DNA of 64,000 nucleotides from Spironucleus salmonicida (Eukaryota): NCBI RefSeq assembly GCF_000497125.1, contig NC_090596.1, positions 1,302,001 to 1,366,000 of the forward strand, read 5' to 3'. Shown piece by piece: positions 52,858 to 64,000 of this stretch (position 1 is its first letter; each line of letters starts with the position of its first letter). The notes under the pieces were generated by a model. It saw only the letters and a program-made list of their open reading frames with translations, ran no database searches and was not told where the DNA came from. The position numbers and the translations under genes were made by a program.

Positions 52858-53241
52858 ATGACAGATTCATATATACCAAGCAGTTCTAGAGATAAAACAC
52901 AAAGGTCACGCGAAGAAGTAGCCGAAATGGCTAAGACTGTATATGCAAAACTGTAAAGGGGTGACATACCAGAAGTATTCAAAAAACCTGAAGAGTTCAA
53001 TTTAAAGGGTCAAGATCGTGATTTAGATAACATTGATCCATAAAAATTACTTTATAGAACCAGTAACTCTGAATATGGGTCATTTGCTCCTTCCATCCTA
53101 GAAATGCCAATGTTCCACAAAGGTAAAACTGAAAATTTAGTAAAATAATAAAATTATGTGGTGTATAGGTCTAGCAGGATGAACTGCGAGCTTGATAAGA
53201 ACAGATATATTAACCCCACTGCAACAATAAGAAGAAAGTGA
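52858..53241 (+). CDS. Pierce1/2 (DUF4490/FAP182)-like ciliary protein
   Basis: PEVFKKPEEF, LYRTSNSEYGSFAP..EMP, YRSSRMNCELDK. Confidence 0.75.
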
Positions 53242-53304
53242 TATTTTTTGTTTGTTTATAAATATGAATAATATGTATTATTTTGATTTCAACACTTCAC
53301 TAAA

Positions 53305-53655
53305 ATGAGCCTGTCAAAAACGGTCTAACCATTAGCTTAAATTAAGCCAGTCGGGAAGACTCTTTTAACTCTAGGTCTCAGTTCAGATTTTAGTTTATCT
53401 TCTGATGGTTCATAGAAGGAAATGGTTAAAAGTTTATTAGTAAGGAATACTCATAGTTTGACTGATATAATGTAAATATCCGTATGTCTTATTTCTAAGG
53501 TAAAATATACAGTAGATTTGTTAGATAAAATGGATTAAAGAACTATTAAGCTAGATCAATATTGTTTAAAAATTGATAGGAAACTTGCTAAAATATCATT
53601 GGCTATCGAACAGGCACTGGCGGCTAGTAGCTCTAGATAGGTGGTTAAGTAATGA
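53305..53655 (+). CDS. Hypothetical protein
   Basis: 117-codon ORF, CACTTCAC upstream. Confidence 0.65.
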
Positions 53656-53673
53656 AACGAATAATATAATGAA

Positions 53674-54108
53674 TCACTTTGGATTGACAATTTAGTTGTA
53701 AATGTCCCAATTATCTTATATTCTTTATTAAATTTCTTAGTGAATATTTGATAATTACATTATATTTAATGCAGTACCTCTCCCTTCAAGTAGACTTATG
53801 CGCTGATTTATTTACTCTAAAGCTTCATTCCACTATTAGGCCGAAAAACCGACTATGCTAGAACGAATAGAGTGAGAGTCTAGTTGTGATGAGCTAATTA
53901 ATTAGTAGATCTAAATATCACAGGCCTTAGAGAGCTAATCTAACTAATCTACCTTAGTTGATATATTTAAAAACTTTTCGTTTAATGCGTCAGAATTTTG
54001 CTTAAGAGTATTTAGAGTGGTGTAACATTATTCCTGCAACTGTTTATTTTATTAAATAATTGACTGTGACTGAGCAATCTATTTTTACTAATCCTGAGAA
54101 AGGGTCAT
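53674..54108 (-). CDS. Hypothetical coiled-coil protein
   Basis: 145-codon Q-rich ORF ending AAG-TGA. Confidence 0.7.
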
Positions 54109-54164
54109 TTTAAAATTTACCTAATTTTTATATATTATTATATATTTATAATAAAATTTATTAA

Positions 54165-54878
54165 ATGTCAATAAAGCCTTTACCTTTAGTCCGCCCCCTC
54201 AGCAAGCCACTGACGAACTCACACATTCTATCGAGTAGAAAACCACCTAATCAAGATCAGCCTGATCCAAATATTGAAGAATAACCTATCATCCCCCTCA
54301 CTCCATAAGCCTTTATCGACACTTACACATCGCTGGAAGACGCTCCATTCCCACAGTTCCGTTTCTTTTCACTCAAAAAGTCATATGAGCAGCTAATCGC
54401 TCTGGTGCCGCTACAGCCTCCAGATATGTCCCAGCGTTTCGAAAAGGCCTACAAACAAGCCCAGATCCTCTCTACATCCAGAAACTTGATTGATTTCTTC
54501 ATAAACTCAGAAGCGATATCCCAGAAACTTGAAAATTTCGACTGGAGAATCGAAGATTTTGCTAATTTTGAGGACCAGCACGCGATGTCGGCGTCGGTAC
54601 TGTCCTTCCTGCAGCAGAATTGGGACGACGCGGTGGAGGCCGATTTGTTTTTGGAATTTTACGGTTAAAGCGAGGAGCAGTTTTTCGCTGAAAAAGCCGA
54701 ATTTGGCCTTCTGGGGTTCCAGGACGAGGACGCATAGTTCGAGGTTTTCGCAACGTTCGCAGTTTACTGTTTCGTTTTTGGACAGAACGGGCTCAAATTT
54801 GACGTTCATGACGGGCTGTATCTGCATAGATGGTTGAACGCGGAAGGGCAAGAAGAGCTCGTTGGGGTCGGGGAGTGA
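54165..54878 (+). CDS. Hypothetical protein
   Basis: 238-codon ORF containing track ORF 54405-54668, ends GAG-TGA. Confidence 0.7.
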
Positions 54879-55218
54879 AATTATGATTATTTCGAGCATA
54901 TATGTGATTAGCGTGGGAGCGTAAAAATATGTAATAATATATAATTAGAAACGAGTTTTCTAGATCTAAAGATTTATATAATAAGGTTTATAAATGTATT
55001 TGGTCATTACAAAAATGAATATAAAATGGAAGTTGGTATGGTAATCGTGATAGTTTAAATGAAATTAGTTGATATTTACAAGTAATTATATTTCGATAAA
55101 GTAATAGATTTTCTAAGAATTAGTAAATATTATATAATTATATTAATTTAATACACAAAGAAAAAAATATATTTAATTTATATAATATTAGGTATACGTA
55201 CTTTTACTCTTAACACAA

Positions 55219-55713
55219 ATGTCTTCGCCGACAGTTCCAGCACCTCCATCATCACTTCCAGAAAAACGCTACCTACTATGTAAGCCTGAATAATTACAAG
55301 AATATCTTGATGATCGCCGTAAAAATTACCCAAGTAAAGCAAATTTAGAAAGGTTACAAAACGAGAAAAAAGCAAAGGAACACGCTCGTGTACTATTAGA
55401 TCATACAGATCCCAGTGGTGCGAGAACATAATACGAATAAGTATCTAAAAAAGGAAAGATAGTCACACAGGCTAAGCCCATAAAAGACATCACCTTAGTT
55501 GACAAAATATTGTACCACGAGCACCGAAAAATGGACTCCTGGATCCTAGAATGTGCTCAATTCATTTAAGAAGAAAATTTTCTTCGCGGTCCCATCCCAA
55601 AGAAGTATTTCTACGACTACACCGAAAAGGAAGTAATATACGAATTTATAGCCCCACCCCCGCCTAAGAAGACGTACTATACGAGCTCCAGTGACATTTC
55701 CAGCTCTGAGTGA
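55219..55713 (+). CDS. NUFIP1: NUFIP1/Rsa1-like snoRNP assembly factor
   Basis: PEQLQEYLDDRRKNYPSKANLER (PEP motif) and TLVDKIL..E..ILECAQFIQEENF. Confidence 0.8.
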
Positions 55714-55726
55714 AATTGTGTTTATC

Positions 55727-56932
55727 TCACTCCTCCCTGATTATCTTCATGACTTTTGCACTGTATCCTTCGTTCTTAGTCTCTAGAATCTCCCTGCCCC
55801 CCTCCACATCCTTTAGAACAACCCCAGCTGCCTCAGCGAGAGTTTTTGCAATTTGTGACATATTTTCTTATAAATAAACATAATCTGGCGTGAACCCAAA
55901 TACCCAGTCGTCCCCCTGTGGTTGGATCAGCCCATCAAGCTCGAAGATCCTGCTCATATTCTGTGTGCTCAAATTTGTCATTTTCTTGATGTATTTCCTG
56001 TCGATTTTTACATTTTACTTTTCATCAATTATAAATTAAATTCGATTTTCCACTCCTGCTTAATCAATTCCTTCCACTTCAATTCCGCCTATTGCGATGT
56101 AAAATAACACGAAATCGCGCGCTCTTTAAAGCATTTCCGGGACTGCAAATCGTGACTAAATGACATAAATTCCTAGCACATTCTGTGCAAAATTGATCAG
56201 ATTTTCGTGCAGAAGCCCAGTTTCCTTGACCAGCCTTTTCGCTTATTCCAGAGAAATAATACGCTGGTCACGCACCAAAAGTTCGCATTTTGATCGCAAA
56301 TCTGGCCTGGTTTGAAGCTGATTTGAGAGCTTTTGGAGCGAATTTTGCGTCGTTGTAAACAGATTTTTATATCGATCTGGTGGCACATCAAAAGGAAGGG
56401 GAGAAGAAGGAGTGGAAAATTGAAATCTTTCTTTTTCAGTTGCGTCATGCTAAATATAGGAATATGTGTAAGGGACGGTTTGGAGGTAATTTGGAAGCGT
56501 TAAAACGTTGTTATCAAGTTTCTCGTAGGGATCGATTTCAGCCTGAAACTTGCTGTTGATATATGTAAAATCAGGCTAAATCGTATAAATTTCGCTTATG
56601 GGCTGAATAATGAGTCTGCTATTCAGAAATGTACCGATAGCAAAATTTTACTTTTTCGCGAAATGGTGCACTGCAGAGCCAGTGAATTGCATGTTTGTAA
56701 GTTCGTTGTATTCGTGGTCTGGATCAAAATTATCGTGGATGTCAAGCGGCGTCTGGAAGTTTAGTTTATTGTGCTCTGGGTAGTACGTAATTTGCTATGG
56801 TGCAGCATACTCCCTAAAATTTGGTCTGATGGGGAACTGGTACAAATGAAGGAGCTATTGATTTGGTGGCTGGTTGAATTCTATTTCTATTTCTTCAATA
56901 ATTGAGTCTGAAGTCTCGATTTCAGGGTCCAT
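55727..56932 (-). CDS. POLR3E: RNA polymerase III subunit RPC5/RPC37 (Sin_N domain)
   Basis: DSIIEEIEI..LHLYQFPIRP..FAIGTF..LIIQPISEIYTIQPDFTYIN. Confidence 0.75.
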
Positions 56933-56977
56933 TTTAAGGAATGGGAAGTGAGGAAATGATATAAAATGAACAAAATC

Positions 56978-57862
56978 TCACTGGTCTTCGGGAATATAAA
57001 TAGGGTTCCTGAGCACCTGCTTCTCTGGGAACTGCTTTTTCGGGTGATTTACATTCGGAATGACGATGATATTCTCGATTTAGTTCCATTTTGAGGGATC
57101 CAGGATATCCCTCTACTGAGGTGGCTTAATGGGCTCCATTTTGTGTGCACCGTTACGGAGCTCTTATAGCGTCCGTCCATCGCTCTTGAACGTAATCTTC
57201 TATTCACAAATTAAATTATCAATATTGGTACCGATTAGATCCTCTGTTTTCTTAACTTTTTACAATCGATACATTGGGTCGTCAAATACAACTGTAGTAG
57301 CAATCTTCTTTGTTTAGAACGGATCATATTTATTCTCGTCAATATTTTCTAGATTTTGACCTTTTTCCTTGCTTACTTTAACATAGTTTATGTGTTCGAT
57401 GTACTTTTACGTCTCAAATTCTTTTGTGAATTTCTGATCAACTTCATTTTGAAGTTTAGCATGAATAGGTACAAAAGTATTTATTTCGTAGTCAATAAAA
57501 GTCTTCTCCTTTGCTAGTTATTTTTCTTAAGCTTAGGTATGCAGTAGTGCATCTACATCTCTGATAATTGTTTCGTTACCTTGGATTAATTTTAATTTTG
57601 TCTCTCTAAATCTTTGTTGCTATCTCAAATCTTCCTCTATCAGACATCTCTATGTTTACTGTCTAGTTTATAGCTATCTTTATGCATAAACTCGCTCCAT
57701 AAGCTGAGCTTTTGTTTGAGCTTATTATTGAGTTTGTTAGGATTGCGATACAACGGAAGGTTTTGTGTGTTTAGATGGTGTATATGTTGCAGGAGGTGGT
57801 AAGAATGTACTATTTAAAGCTTCCTAATCGATTGGAACTAAAGTGCCTTTTGGGTTGAACAT
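56978..57862 (-). CDS. Hypothetical coiled-coil protein, weak FAM228-like similarity
   Basis: 295 codons; IDENKYDPF...DDPM motif. Confidence 0.55.
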
Positions 57863-58127
57863 TTTATGCGGAATATAAATTAATAACATTGATATATAAT
57901 AAGCCTATTTTTACTAACCTTCAAAATGAATAATATATAAGCACTATTAGCATAGAAGCATTACTATATGACATATTTGTATGGTTAGCTTCAATTTCAT
58001 TCAAATTAGTAAGGTTATACTTTTTTGTCATAGCTTAGTGATATAAGTGTAAAATTAAAAAACATGAATGAAAAGTTTGTCGTTACGTTAGACTAAATTA
58101 ATATTATTAAATGACATAATAATTTTT

Positions 58128-60434
58128 TCAGAATAATTTTTTCATCTATTTATGCAATGCACCCATGCAAGCATACATAGGTTCCTCGTCTAAATCCATA
58201 TCTGTCAAACTATAATTTTTATTCTCTTCCTTATCTTCCCGTACCTAGCGCAATTCTTATAGTATCATTTCAATAATGTTTACTAATTCTATACATACGT
58301 TTGTGAGCTGCTGAATTGTATAGTAAATCTGCATGAATTATTCATCAATTTAGCCACCTTCTAAAGCAGGTGGATTCATCAAAAATTTAATAATGGTAGT
58401 ATCTGGATGTCTATCAGAGTATAAAAATATAGCCATATCAACAAACCTTTCGACTATATCATACAAATTTTCGCACATTTAAGATGCAGAGTTTAAGATT
58501 CCCCTAATATTTTAATCAGACTCGCTACAAATAAAGTTATTTATAACAGACTCAAGTTTTTCTTACATACTTCCTTATTTCTACTATTTTTTCCCACCTT
58601 TATTTGTCTGAACCTTGCTTAAATACTTAGCACTCATACCCATAATATACCTTTGTAATATCTAAACACATTTATATATCACACTCAATTAACTATTTTA
58701 TCTATCTGAAAACTTAGCAATAAACTCAATATACAGTCCTTAGTCTTCAGTTTCCTACAATGCCTTAGTATTCAAAAATAAACTCATCATTAATTATGTT
58801 AAAATATCTAAATAAAGAACAACCATACTCTTTCTTTTAGTTAAATAACTGTAAATAAATGGCGTCTGTCTTGTATTATCAAATTTCAAAATATCGATTT
58901 ACATTGCGTAGAAAATGAAAAATTAAGCTGCTTCCACTACGTTAACATTTATATTTTTGCTATATTCGTAGCTGAAAGTGAATTATTCTGCAAGTAAATT
59001 CATAAAAAGAAGCTATAAGTTATTCATTTGCGTGAGTTAGGTTTATTATTATGTGACTATCATTACATAATCATCGTTTTCATTTTCTTAAGCTAAGTTT
59101 TGACAATATTCTTTACTCGAGGTGTTTAATAGATGATAATTACTTATATTCATTTACTAGAAAATATACGAATTAATCATTTTTGCGACCACTTTTGGAT
59201 GTACCAATAGTATTTTACTAAGAATTGTGCATACAAATGATGTTTATCTAAGTACATTATGTCGTTTAAATTCATATTTAACTCCTTGGTATATACTTGA
59301 TGGTAGTTTATTTTTCATGAAATAAAAATCAGTACCATAAAAATTATCATCAAGCACATGTGTATTTGTAATTTTGTTTAAAACAATGTCTGTGTTGACA
59401 AATTAATTGGTGGCAAATGTATATTCTTACGGTAACATTAAAATAATTTAGTGTATTACAATTTGGAGATAATGTGAATCTTTTCTATTTTGTTCGTCTA
59501 ACTATGATAAAAGCTGAGTAATAAAAATATTTACAAAATCTTTTAATTTTACATAAACTATATCATTATTTGAGAAATAATACACATTGATGATTCTTAA
59601 CATAGTGGTGAATTCTCGCTAGAGTGAATGACAACATGATGAGATAATTTAGTCTAACATCGATTCTAATGTAGTTATAAACTTATAATGGAAATAAATT
59701 TTACAAACTAAATCATCTTCTGCGTCTAAATCAATATTTCCTAATGGCAGTGCAGATTCTACAAATTCAAAAAGCTGATGCATTGTATCAGGATAAACTG
59801 GGGTAGATTATATTTATTTGAGATCTTCGTCAAAATCATCTAATTCTTCATCTAAATCTTTAAGTTGGTCAAAAATATCATACATAGAGTTTTCTTTTAA
59901 CTACTATGCAGTAGTTTAGTAAGCTTATTGACAGAGTTCATTTATTGATGTATGAGGAGCTTTAAAAGATTCCTAATAAATTTTCGCAGGACTAACTGTC
60001 ATTCTTAAAGACTTATCTCCACTTTATTTTAACTCCTTAGGAGCTGATTTTTTAGGTCTCATTTTTTTTGTTTCTTCTATTTATTACTTAAACACTGGTA
60101 AAATAACAGTTTCACCTGTTAAAAACTAATAAACTATAACTAAAACTTTTTCTGATGCTTAAAGTGAAGATTACTTAACAACATTAGCAATAAGAGTTTT
60201 CCAGTCAGTGGTGAATGGAAAATCAATAGTATGCAGTTTTTTATTTATAAAATCCCAATTTTCTGTTCTCTTTTACACGGAATTAGCATCATATAATTAT
60301 ATTTATTTTAAAGTCTATGGTTTAAATCTTGAAATGATTTCAGCAACCAATTCACCTGAGGCTAAATCGTATTTAGGGTTATCGTATTTATTTTAAAGAT
60401 TCAAAGAATCAAGCCAACGTTATACCTAAAACAT
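58128..60434 (-). CDS. SPEF1/SPATA4-type calponin-homology domain protein with helical C-terminal region
   Basis: VQRWLDSLNL..NPKYDLASGELVAEIISRF..NSVQKRTENWDFINK. Confidence 0.8.
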
Positions 60435-60542
60435 TGCGGATTTTAGAAGTATTTGTATTTTTATTATGAATATAATAATATATGTAACTAAATATATACT
60501 TTATCTAATATTATATCATATATATAGGATGTATAATTAGGA

Positions 60543-61589
60543 ATGAATACTTGGCTTTATGCTGTATAGATGAGAGATTTGACATTTATAAAAAATAACC
60601 TATATTAATTTATTAGATAATAAGATTATAAAGGACGTACTGCATTAATGTACGCATCATAGTATGGTTTTGAAGAAGTTGTAAATCTTGTTGTAGATGC
60701 TGAACATAATATGGTAGACTTAGATGGACAATCAGCTACAAATTATGCTACAAAATATTAGTAATATAAGATCCTTTAAATTCTTATGAATTATGAAGAT
60801 TCTAATATTTCAATACTTTAAGTTAAAAAAAATATATTGTCTTTATAAACATTAGTTGAGCTAACTAGGCAAAATACCAATGGAAACAATGCACCTATTT
60901 AATAAGATGCTTTAAAAATATCAAAATATCAACGTGAAAACAAACTTCTTTCGGGAAAACTTACAGATTTAGAGAAAGAATTATCTTAATTATTAGGAAT
61001 AATAAGATAAGAATAAACTGAGAATAAGAAAAAAAATAGTATAATCAAGACTCTTAAATAATAGTTGTAATAGACCGAAGAACAATAGTCACTATCCAAT
61101 ACATCTACACATACCGATGACAGTAAATTTGAATAACTTTAACTTGAAAATTAAGCACTAATTCTTGATTTAAAATAAATTTAAAATAACTTTATTACAT
61201 TTTAAGATGATAATGAGAATAAAATAATTAATTTAGAGTTAAAAATAACGATTATTGAATCCAACGTAACAGAACTAACCTTGCAGGACTAAGTATAGGC
61301 ACAATAAATCGTTCATATAGAAAATTTATTAAAAATAGAGAAATAGTAAAAGGAGATATTCGCATAGTCGATGTATCAATCATATTAAAAGTAAAATAAA
61401 AAACAATAGATTGAAATAAAATAGCTGAAAAGGTAAATCAACTAGCTTTTAACAGATCGACAAAACGTTATCTAAGAATAAAACATTACACCCGATTAAA
61501 CTGCATAACCTACTCCTTAACGTCAGATTTTATTAAGAATAATACTTTCATTTTTAGCTGCTATTTCGTTGTTTTTTATAATTCTGTGA
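60543..61589 (+). CDS. Ankyrin-repeat + coiled-coil protein (Protein 21.1-like) with C-terminal membrane anchor
   Basis: DYKGRTALMYASQYGFEEVVNL..EHNMVDLDGQSATNYA; ends ILLRIILSFLAAISLFFIIL-TGA. Confidence 0.85.
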
Positions 61590-61602
61590 CTTATTTTTTC
61601 AC

Positions 61603-64000
61603 TCATATTTGACCAAACTGCTCTAAAAAATCTCCCATAATACCTTCTTATCCACTTCTAATCTAGTTTATCTCGCTCTATATGAAAATTACGAACTCCT
61701 ATGGCAAATTCTGCCATGTATCCATTCGATCTAATGCTGTTCCGATATTCTTAGCTAAGTTCCTAGCCCCAACGTTAATACTACCATACTGGCTTCTTTC
61801 TTCCTAATTTATACCAACTTTTCTAGCCAATTTAGCGAACAATGTCGAATCTGTTCTATTCCAAAATGGAAGATCCTTCTAATCAACTATTTGAGCAAAA
61901 ACTATCGAAACTGAATTAACGTTCGAAAATATTTAAGAGAATTGGTTCATTGGGAGATTTGTGAGCTAGAGAAGTGAAAAAGTGATCTCTGGAACTTTTG
62001 GAGCAGAGTAGTCAAGTTAGCATCGTACTGCATATCTAGCACATAACAAGCACGGCCAGGTTACGAGTCTAGTTTATGGTAGAGATAATGATAGAAGTGT
62101 TTCAACAGATAAACATACATAGGAAACGAGCGTAAAACGGAACGATTAAGAAGGTCTATATTAATCGTCATGGATAGACCAAGAGGCAACAAAAGCCATA
62201 GAGGCTAATGATATTTAGCCAGACTCTGATGAGAGAACTGCTTTAATTTGCTCTATGTAGAGATTATTGCTTTCGCATATTCCTGTTACTATAAAGAAGA
62301 AATATGAAAGTGAAAACAAAATATAACGTTTTGATTCTGGGTCAATTTCTTGTGTTGTATTAAATATAGTAAGATCTGTAAAGAATTAACTAAAGATTTA
62401 AATAAATTATGGAAGAATTTTATCAATTTTACTTTAACTAAATCGACTAACATATTTGTCCAATAAGCTCCCTAAAAGCATAAAACCGAAGCCTTTTGCA
62501 ATAAGTTACTCATCTTATAATAAACGTACTCCTAGTTAATAAATTGAGCTTTCCTCTAGCGAATTTTAATTGATTAACTCAACGTGTCGGGGAATAACGT
62601 GATAAATATAGCAAATTGATTCTGAGAATGTTTCCATATTAAAAATCTGGGAAAATCCTTTCAAACAATTGTCAAACAGATTAGGTTGCACGGTATCTGG
62701 AACAAAATGTTTTCCATAAAATAAGTCCAGAACATTAAATACTGACTGAGCTAACTCGAAATCTACAGATAAAATAGACTCACATAAGTCTACGACTGTT
62801 GTCTCGAAACTGGAATAAATATCTGGTAATGAATCTATGCATAAGCTTAAAATATTAAAAGCGTTCTCAATTAGTCCACGGAACTGAGCACCTTTTTAAA
62901 TTAATTATGGCAATTGTTAAAATTCAGTTTAGCTGCTCAAAAATTAGCTTAAAAATGTATTTGAAACGTCTGCAGGGACATATTATAAAGCTATTTTTGT
63001 GAAAGTAACCATACCACCAGACTGTGCTTTATCTTCAGTTTTAAGCATTATTAAAATCGATTTAGCGAGTAAATCGCAAATTCTTAAATTCGGCAAAAAT
63101 CCTTATCTAACTGGCCTAGATAATATACCGCTCAGCATTCTACATTAAAAGAGTCCGGGCGAATCGGAAACATAAATTTAACACATAATATCAATTATAT
63201 ATGGGACAGAATCCTAAGTTGAATCTTCTGAGATCTACCAAGCTTGATCGAAAGTAGCCCCTTAAATATATTGAAAAGTGTTGTAGTTATCATAGTCATC
63301 AATGCATACAGAAATCAGGAGCTTTGCTGCCTCTTCAAATACGATTGGGTGTAATAATTACTGTTTTTCAAGGCTTCTTAAACAAATTTTAACTTTATGA
63401 GATACTGGTGCATTGGGTAATCCACGTCTAATAAGTAGTACACCAACAAAAATTTTAGCTTATTTTTCTTGGTCTTAAAAGTCTTCATTAGAAAGTTTAT
63501 TGGACAGAAAGTCGTTCATAGATTCAATGGCTAACTATTCTAATCCAGAGTTGATATTAGAATCAATTATACAAATTAATCTAACTAAATCAATGCTAGG
63601 TTTTAAACAGTCTATAACTAGCAAATCATCATTTTCAAACCTGTCCATTCTGACGTTTGCAGCGTTAATGATCATTCCAAAGACACTATTGACAATTTTT
63701 TGAGCGTTTTTCATAATATAATCAGATGCATATGGATGTACAAATTAACCACTATATTATTATTCTAGCAAACTTCCAGCCACCATAAAAACACTTTCCA
63801 GTGATTTGTGATCCTAAAATAAATTAAAATTAGGGCATAGATCAAGTTCACGAACAATAATTTCTGCAATGTAAACTTATTTTTATTCCCACTGTTCTAA
63901 AAATTAATTGCAATCTGGAATTCGAGAAATTTTACTGTTCACATATCTAGCTCTAGAAATATATTTCATAAGGATTTAGCAGGCATATTCTTTAGCATCT
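61603..64000 (-). CDS. Large alpha-helical (HEAT-like, possibly karyopherin) protein; 5' end outside window
   Basis: About 800 codons of amphipathic-helix-like sequence under code 6; stop TGA followed by GTGA. Confidence 0.6.

Noticed and set aside
53769-54164. Plus-strand ORF running in frame into the 54165 gene
   Set aside because: Overlaps a better minus-strand gene (53674-54108) and crosses a promoter-like A/T tract
54879-55218. Longer spacers (also 9100-9380, 43771-43972, 57863-58127) as ncRNA or small-ORF loci
   Set aside because: No convincing tRNA, C/D-box pair or well-signalled ORF could be seen by eye; an Infernal search would be needed
733-56932. Cluster of ribosome/ncRNA biogenesis genes (NIP7, MAK16, RSL1D1-like, La, NUFIP1, RPC5)
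   Set aside because: Scattered among unrelated genes; expected by chance in a compact genome

Overview
Gene-dense, apparently intron-free, AT-rich eukaryotic genomic DNA that uses the ciliate/hexamita nuclear code (table 6: TAA/TAG=Gln, TGA the only stop). The supplied standard-code ORF track is therefore fragmented and largely misleading, and all CDS calls below were re-translated by hand with table 6. Code, very short intergenic spacers, AGTGA stop/poly(A) motif, C-rich pre-ATG motif and Protein-21.1-type ankyrin gene point to a hexamitid diplomonad (Spironucleus-like; inference). About 55 genes were delimited, including NIP7, MAK16, SEC61G, IFT46, MSH2, ARP8, RFC2, POLA2-, RPC5-, NUFIP1-, La-, RSL1D1-, TTLL-, TBC-, CKK- and Sec3-like genes. 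Most notable: (1) one ORF fusing a RING finger and TRAF-type zinc fingers to a K+-channel-type pore module (10572-12245); (2) a near-identical 1.05-kb copy of its RING/TRAF half that has lost the channel, inside (3) a 670-bp inverted repeat of START-domain genes that also encloses MSH2; (4) recurrent, mostly GC-rich patches that ignore gene boundaries and each show a C-to-G skew flip. Family calls come from motif recognition by eye, not database searches.
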